A DNA stretch of 64,000 nt from NCBI RefSeq assembly GCF_009914755.1, contig NC_060932.1; one strand, 5' to 3'. The notes beneath the pieces were generated by a model. It did not search any database, was not told where the DNA came from, and worked only from the letters and a program-made list of their open reading frames with translations. Shown here piece by piece: positions 1 to 9,464 of this stretch. Position numbers and translations under genes: made by a program. Origin of the DNA: the human T2T-CHM13v2.0 reference genome, Homo sapiens. The stretch's first letter is position 1. Each line of letters begins with the position of its first letter.

Positions 1-609
1 GCAGTTTGAAACACTCTTTTTTTGGAATCTGCAAGTGGATATTTGGATCGCTTTGAGGATTTCGTTGGAAACGGGATGCAATATAAAACGTACACAGCAG
101 CATACTCAGAAAATACTTTGCCATATTTCCATTCAAGTCACAGAGTGGAACATTCCCATTCATAGAGCAGGTTTGAAACACTCTTTTTGGAGTATCTGGA
201 AGTGGACATTTGGAGCGCTTTCTGAACTATGGTGAAAAAGGAAATATCTTCCAATGAAAACAAGACAGAAGCATTCTGAGAAACTTATTTGTGATGTGTG
301 TCCTCAACAAACGGACTTGAAACTTTCGTTTCATGCAGTACTTCTGGAACACTCTTTTTGAAGATTCTGCATGCGGATATTTGGATAGCTTTGAGGATCT
401 CGTTGGAAACGGGCTTACATGTAAAAATTAGACAGCAGCATTCTCAGAAACTTCTTTGTGGTGTCTGCATTCAAGTCACAGAATTGAACATCCCCTCACA
501 TAGAGCAGTTGTGCAGCACTCTATTTGTAGTATCTGGAAGTGGACATTTGGAGGGCTTTGTAGCCTATCTGGAAAAAGGAAATATCTTCCCATGAATGCG
601 AGATAGAAG
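1..609 (+). repeat. Partial 11-mer HOR (3' part of monomer A, then B, C, D)
   Basis: Contains 11-mer-specific sequence (gggatgcaatataaaacgtacacagcagcatactcag; gggcttacatgtaaaaattag) that recurs only at ~7.5-8.2, 10.6-11.3, 12.5-13.1 and 16.7-17.4 kb. Confidence 0.95.
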
Positions 610-735
610 TAATCTCAGAAACATGTTTATGCTGTATCTACTCAACTAACTGTGCTGAACATTTCTATTGATAGAGCAGTTTTGAGACACTCTTCTTTTG
701 GAATCTGCAAGTGGATATTTGGATAGATTTGAGGA

Positions 736-752
736 TTTCGTTGGAAACGGGA
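736..752 (+). other. Canonical CENP-B box, monomer E (representative; repeats in each HOR)
   Basis: tttcgttggaaacggga matches YTTCGTTGGAARCGGGA with all nine core bases (TTCG....A..CGGG). Confidence 0.95.
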
Positions 753-1073
753 TTATATATAAAAAGTAGACAGCAGCATTCTCAGAAACTTCTTTGTGAT
801 GTTTGCATCCAGCTCTCAGAGTTGAACATTCCCTTTCATAGAGTAGGTTTGAAACCCTCTTTTTATAGTGTCTGGAAGTGGGCATTTGGAGCGCTTTCAG
901 GCCTATGCTGAAAAAGGAAATATCTACCTATAGAAACTAGACAGAAGCATTCTGAGAATCACGTTTGTGATGTGGGTACTCAACTAACAGTGTTGATCCA
1001 TTCTTTTGATACAGAAGTTTTGAACCACACTTTTTGTAGAATCTGCAAGTGGATATTTGGATAGCTGTGAGGA

Positions 1074-1090
1074 TTTCGTTGGAAACGGGA
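1074..1090 (+). other. Canonical CENP-B box, monomer G (representative)
   Basis: tttcgttggaaacggga exact match to consensus. Confidence 0.95.
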
Positions 1091-1244
1091 ATGTCTTCAT
1101 AGAAAATTTAGACAGAAGCATTCTCAGAACCTTGATTGTGATGTGTGTTCTCCACTAACAGAGTTGAACCTTTCTTTTGACAGAACTGTTCTGAAACATT
1201 CTTTTTATAGAATCTGGAAGTGGATATTTGGAAAGCTTTGAGGA

Positions 1245-1261
1245 TTTCGTTGGAAACGGGA
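1245..1261 (+). other. Canonical CENP-B box, monomer H (representative; 171 bp after the G box)
   Basis: tttcgttggaaacggga exact match to consensus. Confidence 0.95.
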
Positions 1262-1586
1262 ATATCTTCAAATCAAATCTAGCCAGAAGCATTCTAAGAA
1301 ACATCTTAGGGATGTTTACATTCAAGTCACAGAGTTGAACATTCCCTTTCACAGAGCAGGTTTGAAACAATCTTCTCGTACTATCTGGCAGTGGACATTT
1401 TGAGCTCCTTGGGGCCTATGCTGAAAAAGGAAATATCTTCCGACAAAAACTAGACAGAAGCATTCGCAGAATCACGTTTGTGATGTGTGCACTCAACTGT
1501 CAGAATTGAACCTTGGTTTGGACAGAGCACTTTTGAAACACTCTTTTTGTAGAATCTGCAGGTGGATATTTGGCTAGCTTTGAGGA

Positions 1587-1603
1587 TTTCGTTGGAAACG
1601 GTA
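1587..1603 (+). other. Degenerate CENP-B box, monomer J (CGGG>CGGT), seen in every HOR copy read
   Basis: tttcgttggaaacggta; G>T at 1602 hits one of the nine core recognition bases. Confidence 0.88.
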
Positions 1604-4188
1604 ATGTCTTCAAAGAAAATCTAGACAGAAGCATTCTCAGAAACACCTTCGTGATGTTTGCAATCAAGTCACAGAGTTGAACCTTCCGTTTCATAGAGCA
1701 GGTTGGAAACACTCTTTTTGTAGTATCTGGAAGTGGACATTTGGAGGGCTTTGTAGCCTATCTGGAAAAAGGAAATATCTTCCCATGAATGCGAGATAGA
1801 AGTAATCTCAGAAACATGTTTATGCTGTATCTACTCAACTAACTGTGCTGAACATTTCTATTGATAGAGCAGTTTTGAGACACTCTTCTTTTGGAATCTG
1901 CAAGTGGATATTTGGATAGATTTGAGGATTTCGTTGGAAACGGGATTATATATAAAAAGTAGACAGCAGCATTCTCAGAAACTTCTTTGTGATGTTTGCA
2001 TCCAGCTCTCAGAGTTGAACATTCCCTTTCATAGAGTAGGTTTGAAACCCTCTTTTTATAGTGTCTGGAAGCGGGCATTTGGAGCGCTTTCAGGCCTATG
2101 CTGAAAAAGGAAATATCTACCTATAGAAACTAGACAGAAGCATTCTGAGAATCACGTTTGTGATGTGGGTACTCAACTAACAGTGTTGATCCATTCTTTT
2201 GATACAGCAGTTTTGAACCACACTTTTTGTAGAATCTGCAAGTGGATATTTGGATAGCTGTGAGGATTTCGTTGGAAACGGGAATGTCTTCATAGAAAAT
2301 TTAGACAGAAGCATTCTCAGAACCTTGATTGTGATGTGTGTTCTCCACTAACAGAGTTGAACCTTTCTTTTGACAGAACTGTTCTGAAACATTCTTTTTA
2401 TAGAATCTGGAAGTGGATATTTGGAAAGCTTTGAGGATTTCGTTGGAAACGGGAATATCTTCAAATCAAATCTAGCCAGAAGCATTCTAAGAAACATCTT
2501 AGGGATGTTTACATTCAAGTCACAGAGTTGAACATTCCCTTTCACAGAGCAGGTTTGAAACAATCTTCTCGTACTATCTGGCAGTGGACATTTTGAGCTC
2601 CTTGGGGCCTATGCTGAAAAAGGAAATATCTTCCGACAAAAACTAGACAGAAGCATTCGCAGAATCACGTTTGTGATGTGTGCACTCAACTGTCAGAATT
2701 GAACCTTGGTTTGGACAGAGCACTTTTGAAACACTCTTTTTGTAGAATCTGCAGGTGGATATTTGGCTAGCTTTGAGGATTTCGTTGGAAACGGTAATGT
2801 CTTCAAAGAAAATCTAGACAGAAGCATTCTCAGAAACACCTTCGTGATGTTTGCAATCAAGTCACAGAGTTGAACCTTCCGTTTCATAGAGCAGGTTGGA
2901 AACACTCTTTTTGTAGTATCTGGAAGTGGACATTTGGAGGGCTTTGTAGCCTATCTGGAAAAAGGAAATATCTTCCCATGAATGCGAGATAGAAGTAATC
3001 TCAGAAACATGTTTATGCTGTATCTACTCAACTAACTGTGCTGAACATTTCTATTGATAGAGCAGTTTTGAGACACTCTTCTTTTGGAATCTGCAAGTGG
3101 ATATTTGGATAGATTTGAGGATTTCGTTGGAAACGGGATTATATATAAAAAGTAGACAGCAGCATTCTCAGAAACTTCTTTGTGATGTTTGCATCCAGCT
3201 CTCAGAGTTGAACATTCCCTTTCATAGAGTAGGTTTGAAACCCTCTTTTTATAGTGTCTGGAAGCGGGCATTTGGAGCGCTTTCAGGCCTATGCTGAAAA
3301 AGGAAATATCTACCTATAGAAACTAGACAGAAGCATTCTGAGAATCACGTTTGTGATGTGGGTACTCAACTAACAGTGTTGATCCATTCTTTTGATACAG
3401 CAGTTTTGAACCACACTTTTTGTAGAATCTGCAAGTGGATATTTGGATAGCTGTGAGGATTTCGTTGGAAACGGGAATGTCTTCATAGAAAATTTAGACA
3501 GAAGCATTCTCAGAACCTTGATTGTGATGTGTGTTCTCCACTAACAGAGTTGAACCTTTCTTTTGACAGAACTGTTCTGAAACATTCTTTTTATAGAATC
3601 TGGAAGTGGATATTTGGAAAGCTTTGAGGATTTCGTTGGAAACGGGAATATCTTCAAATCAAATCTAGCCAGAAGCATTCTAAGAAACATCTTAGGGATG
3701 TTTACATTCAAGTCACAGAGTTGAACATTCCCTTTCACAGAGCAGGTTTGAAACAATCTTCTCGTACTATCTGGCAGTGGACATTTTGAGCTCCTTGGGG
3801 CCTATGCTGAAAAAGGAAATATCTTCCGACAAAAACTAGACAGAAGCATTCGCAGAATCACGTTTGTGATGTGTGCACTCAACTGTCAGAATTGAACCTT
3901 GGTTTGGACAGAGCACTTTTGAAACACTCTTTTTGTAGAATCTGCAGGTGGATATTTGGCTAGCTTTGAGGATTTCGTTGGAAACGGTAATGTCTTCAAA
4001 GAAAATCTAGACAGAAGCATTCTCAGAAACACCTTCGTGATGTTTGCAATCAAGTCACAGAGTTGAACCTTCCGTTTCATAGAGCAGGTTGGAAACACTC
4101 TTTTTGTAGTATCTGGAAGTGGACATTTGGAGGGCTTTGTAGCCTATCTGGAAAAAGGAAATATCTTCCCATGAATGCGAGATAGAAG

Positions 4189-5210
4189 TAATCTCAGAAA
4201 CATGTTTATGCTGTATCTACTCAACTAACTGTGCTGAACATTTCTATTGATAGAGCAGTTTTGAGACACTCTTCTTTTGGAATCTGCAAGTGGATATTTG
4301 GATAGATTTGAGGATTTCGTTGGAAACGGGATTATATATCAAAAGTAGACAGCAGCATTCTCAGAAACTTCTTTGTGATGTTTGCATCCAGCTCTCAGAG
4401 TTGAACATTCCCTTTCATAGAGTAGGTTTGAAACCCTCTTTTTATAGTGTCTGGAAGCGGGCATTTGGAGCGCTTTCAGGCCTATGCTGAAAAAGGAAAT
4501 ATCTACCTATAGAAACTAGACAGAAGCATTCTGAGAATCACGTTTGTGATGTGGGTACTCAACTAACAGTGTTGATCCATTCTTTTGATACAGCAGTTTT
4601 GAACCACACTTTTTGTAGAATCTGGAAGTGGATATTTGTAAAGCTTTGAGGATTTCGTTGGAAACGGGAATATCTTCAAATAAAATCTAGCCAGAAGCAT
4701 TCTAAGAAACATCTTAGGGATGTTTACATTCAAGTCACAGAGTTGAACATTCCCTTTCACAGAGCAGGTTTGAAACAATCTTCTCGTACTATCTGGCAGT
4801 GGACATTTTGAGCTCCTTGGGGCCTATGCTGAAAAAGGAAATATCTTCCGACAAAAACTAGACAGAAGCATTCGCAGAATCACGTTTGTGATGTGTGCAC
4901 TCAACTGTCAGAATTGAACCTTGGTTTGGACAGAGCACTTTTGAAACACTCTTTTTGTAGAATCTGCAGGTGGATATTTGGCTAGCTTTGAGGATTTCGT
5001 TGGAAACGGTAATGTCTTCAAAGAAAATCTAGACAGAAGAATTCTCAGAAACACTTTCGTGATGTTTGCAATCAAGTCACAGAGTTGAACCTTCCGTTTC
5101 ATAGAGCAGGTTGGAAACACTCTTTTTGTAGTATCTGGAAGTGGACATTTGGAGGGCTTTGTAGCCTATCTGGAAAAAGGAAATATCTTCCCATGAATGC
5201 GAGATAGAAG
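4189..5210 (+). repeat. Single 6-mer HOR variant (1022 bp) with hybrid G/H monomer
   Basis: Marker spacing 4290 to 5312 = 1022 = 1193-171; sequence switches from G (ccacactttttg) to H (gaagtggatatttg..aagctttgagg..aatatcttcaaa) across tagaatctg at 4616-4624. Confidence 0.94.
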
Positions 5211-6403
5211 TAATCTCAGAAACATGTTTATGCTGTATCTACTCAACTAACTGTGCTGAACATTTCTATTGATAGAGCAGTTTTGAGACACTCTTCTTTT
5301 GGAATCTGCAAGTGGATATTTGGATAGATTTGAGGATTTCGTTGGAAACGGGATTATATATAAAAAGTAGACAGCAGCATTCTCAGAAACTTCTTTGTGA
5401 TGTTTGCATCCAGCTCTCAGAGTTGAACATTCCCTTTCATAGAGTAGGTTTGAAACCCTCTTTTTATAGTGTCTGGAAGCGGGCATTTGGAGCGCTTTCA
5501 GGCCTATGCTGAAAAAGGAAATATCTACCTATAGAAACTAGACAGAAGCATTCTGAGAATCACGTTTGTGATGTGGGTACTCAACTAACAGTGTTGATCC
5601 ATTCTTTTGATACAGCAGTTTTGAACCACACTTTTTGTAGAATCTGCAAGTGGATATTTGGATAGCTGTGAGGATTTCGTTGGAAACGGGAATGTCTTCA
5701 TAGAAAATTTAGACAGAAGCATTCTCAGAACCTTGATTGTGATGTGTGTTCTCCACTAACAGAGTTGAACCTTTCTTTTGACAGAACTGTTCTGAAACAT
5801 TCTTTTTATAGAATCTGGAAGTGGATATTTGGAAAGCTTTGAGGATTTCGTTGGAAACGGGAATATCTTCAAATCAAATCTAGCCAGAAGCATTCTAAGA
5901 AACATCTTAGGGATGTTTACATTCAAGTCACAGAGTTGAACATTCCCTTTCACAGAGCAGGTTTGAAACAATCTTCTCGTACTATCTGGCAGTGGACATT
6001 TTGAGCTCCTTGGGGCCTATGCTGAAAAAGGAAATATCTTCCGACAAAAACTAGACAGAAGCATTCGCAGAATCACGTTTGTGATGTGTGCACTCAACTG
6101 TCAGAATTGAACCTTGGTTTGGACAGAGCACTTTTGAAACACTCTTTTTGTAGAATCTGCAGGTGGATATTTGGCTAGCTTTGAGGATTTCGTTGGAAAC
6201 GGTAATGTCTTCAAAGAAAATCTAGACAGAAGCATTCTCAGAAACACCTTCGTGATGTTTGCAATCAAGTCACAGAGTTGAACCTTCCGTTTCATAGAGC
6301 AGGTTGGAAACACTCTTTCTGTAGTATCTGGAAGTGGACATTTGGAGGGCTTTGTAGCCTATCTGGAAAAAGGAAATATCTTCCCATGAATGCGAGATAG
6401 AAG
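5211..6403 (+). repeat. 7-mer HOR
   Basis: 1193-bp marker spacing (5312 to 6505). Confidence 0.95.
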
Positions 6404-7550
6404 TAATCTCAGAAACATGTTTATGCTGTATCTACTCAACTAACTGTGCTGAACATTTCTATTGATAGAGCAGTTTTGAGACACTCTTCTTTTGGAATCT
6501 GCAAGTGGATATTTGGATAGATTTGAGGATTTCGTTGGAAACGGGATTATATATAAAAAGTAGACAGCAGCATTCTCAGAAACTTCTTTGTGATGTTTGC
6601 ATCCAGCTCTCAGAGTTGAACATTCCCTTTCATAGAGTAGGTTTGAAACCCTCTTTTTATAGTGTCTGGAAGCGGGCATTTGGAGCGCTTTCAGGCCTAT
6701 GCTGAAAAAGGAAATATCTACCTATAGAAACTAGACAGAAGCATTCTGAGAATCACGTTTGTGATGTGGGTACTCAACTAACAGTGTTGATCCATTCTTT
6801 TGATACAGCAGTTTTGAACCACACTTTTTGTAGAATCTGCAAGTGGATATTTGGATAGCTGTGAGGATTTCGTTGGAAACGGGAATGTCTTCATAGAAAA
6901 TTTAGACAGAAGCATTCTCAGAACCTTGATTGTGAAGTGTGTTCTCCACTAACAGAGTTGAACCTTTCTTTTGACAGAACTGTTCTGAAACATTCTTTTT
7001 ATAGAATCTGGAAGTGGATATTTGGAAAGCTTTGAGGATTTCATTGGAAACAGGAATATCTTCAAATCAAATCTAGCCAGAAGCATTCTAAGAAACATCT
7101 TAGGGATGTTTACATTCAAGTCACAGAGTTGAACATTCCCTTTCACAGAGCAGGTTTGAAACAATCTTCTCGTACTATCTGGCAGTGGACATTTTGAGCT
7201 CCTTGGGGCCTATGCTGAAAAAGGAAATATCTTCCGACAAAAACTAGACAGAAGCATTCGCAGAATCACGTTTGTGATGTGTGCACTCAACTGTCAGAAT
7301 TGAACCTTGGTTTGGACAGAGCACTTTTGAAACACTCTTTTTGTAGAATCTGCAGGTGGATATTTGGCTAGCTTTGAGGATTTCGTTGGAAACGGTAATG
7401 TCTTCAAAGAAAATCTAGACAGAAGCATTCTCAGAAACACCTTCGTGATGTTTGCAATCAAGTCACAGAGTTGAACCTTCCGTTTCATAGAGCAGGTTGG
7501 AAACACTCTTTTTGTAGTATCTGGAAGTGGACATTTGGAGCGCTTTCAGG

Positions 7551-7577
7551 CCTATGGTGAAAAAGGAAATATCTTCC
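7551..7577 (+). other. pJalpha/A-box-type segment in a box-less monomer (representative, monomer K; equivalents in B, D, F, I)
   Basis: cctatggtgaaaaaggaaatatcttcc occupies the position held by the CENP-B box in B-type monomers. Confidence 0.75.
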
Positions 7578-7721
7578 CATAAAAACGACATAGAAGCTAT
7601 CTCAGGAACTTGTTTATGATGCATCTAATCAACTAACAGTGTTGAACCTTTGTACTGACAGAGCAGTTTGAAACACTCTTTTTTTGGAATCTGCAAGTGG
7701 ATATTTGGATCGCTTTGAGGA

Positions 7722-7738
7722 TTTCGTTGGAAACGGGA
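7722..7738 (+). other. Canonical CENP-B box, 11-mer-specific monomer A (representative)
   Basis: tttcgttggaaacggga followed by tgcaatataaaacg. Confidence 0.92.
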
Positions 7739-8059
7739 TGCAATATAAAACGTACACAGCAGCATACTCAGAAAATACTTTGCCATATTTCCATTCAAGT
7801 CACAGAGTGGAACATTCCCATTCATAGAGCAGGTTGGAAACACTCTTTTTGGAGTATCTGGAAGTGGACATTTGGAGCGCTTTCTGAACTATGGTGAAAA
7901 AGGAAATATCTTCCAATGAAAACAAGACAGAAGCATTCTGAGAAACTTATTTGTGATGTGTGTCCTCAACAAACGGACTTGAACCTTTCGTTTCATGCAG
8001 TACTTCTGGAACACTCTTTTTGAAGATTCTGCATGCGGATATTTGGATAGCTTTGAGGA

Positions 8060-8076
8060 TTTCGTTGGAAACGGGC
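8060..8076 (+). other. CENP-B box with intact core, 11-mer-specific monomer C (representative)
   Basis: tttcgttggaaacgggc; only non-core position 17 differs. Confidence 0.88.
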
Positions 8077-8271
8077 TTACATGTAAAAATTAGACAGCAG
8101 CATTCTCAGAAACTTCTTTGTGGTGTCTGCATTCAAGTCACAGAATTGAACATCCCCTCACATAGAGCAGTTGTGCAGCACTCTATTTGTAGTATCTGGA
8201 AGTGGACATTTGGAGGGCTTTGTAGCCTATCTGGAAAAAGGAAATATCTTCCCATGAATGCGAGATAGAAG

Positions 8272-9464
8272 TAATCTCAGAAACATGTTTATGCTGTATC
8301 TACTCAACTAACTGTGCTGAACATTTCTATTGATAGAGCAGTTTTGAGACACTCTTCTTTTGGAATCTGCAAGTGGATATTTGGATAGATTTGAGGATTT
8401 CGTTGGAAACGGGATTATATATAAAAAGTAGACAGCAGCATTCTCAGAAACTTCTTTGTGATGTTTGCATCCAGCTCTCAGAGTTGAACATTCCCTTTCA
8501 TAGAGTAGGTTTGAAACCCTCTTTTTATAGTGTCTGGAAGCGGGCATTTGGAGCGCTTTCAGGCCTATGCTGAAAAAGGAAATATCTACCTATAGAAACT
8601 AGACAGAAGCATTCTGAGAATCACGTTTGTGATGTGGGTACTCAACTAACAGTGTTGATCCATTCTTTTGATACAGCAGTTTTGAACCACACTTTTTGTA
8701 GAATCTGCAAGTGGATATTTGGATAGCTGTGAGGATTTCGTTGGAAACGGGAATGTCTTCATAGAAAATTTAGACAGAAGCATTCTCAGAACCTTGATTG
8801 TGATGTGTGTTCTCCACTAACAGAGTTGAACCTTTCTTTTGACAGAACTGTTCTGAAACATTCTTTTTATAGAATCTGGAAGTGGATATTTGGAAAGCTT
8901 TGAGGATTTCGTTGGAAACGGGAATATCTTCAAATCAAATCTAGCCAGAAGCATTCTAAGAAACATCTTAGGGATGTTTACATTCAAGTCACAGAGTTGA
9001 ACATTCCCTTTCACAGAGCAGGTTTGAAACAATCTTCTCGTACTATCTGGCAGTGGACATTTTGAGCTCCTTGGGGCCTATGCTGAAAAAGGAAATATCT
9101 TCCGACAAAAACTAGACAGAAGCATTCGCAGAATCACGTTTGTGATGTGTGCACTCAACTGTCAGAATTGAACCTTGGTTTGGACAGAGCACTTTTGAAA
9201 CACTCTTTTTGTAGAATCTGCAGGTGGATATTTGGCTAGCTTTGAGGATTTCGTTGGAAACGGTAATGTCTTCAAAGAAAATCTAGACAGAAGCATTCTC
9301 AGAAACACCTTCGTGATGTTTGCAATCAAGTCACAGAGTTGAACCTTCCGTTTCATAGAGCAGGTTGGAAACACTCTTTTTGTAGTATCTGGAAGTGGAC
9401 ATTTGGAGGGCTTTGTAGCCTATGTGGAAAAAGGAAATATCTTCCCATGAATGCGAGATAGAAG
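8272..9464 (+). repeat. 7-mer HOR
   Basis: 1193-bp marker spacing (8373 to 9566). Confidence 0.95.

Larger units (their letters stand above)
610..4188 (+). repeat. Three tandem 7-mer HORs (1193 bp each; monomers E,F,G,H,I,J,K/D hybrid)
   Basis: Marker ORF starts at 711, 1904, 3097, 4290 are spaced by 1193 bp = 167 + 6x171. Confidence 0.96.
6404..8271 (+). repeat. Full 11-mer HOR (1868 bp)
   Basis: Marker spacing 6505 to 8373 = 1868; extra 675-bp four-monomer block at 7541-8215. Confidence 0.96.

Noticed and set aside
754-766. TATA-like element tatatataaaaag as a promoter in each monomer E
   Set aside because: Expected by chance in AT-rich satellite; no transcript evidence is available from sequence alone.
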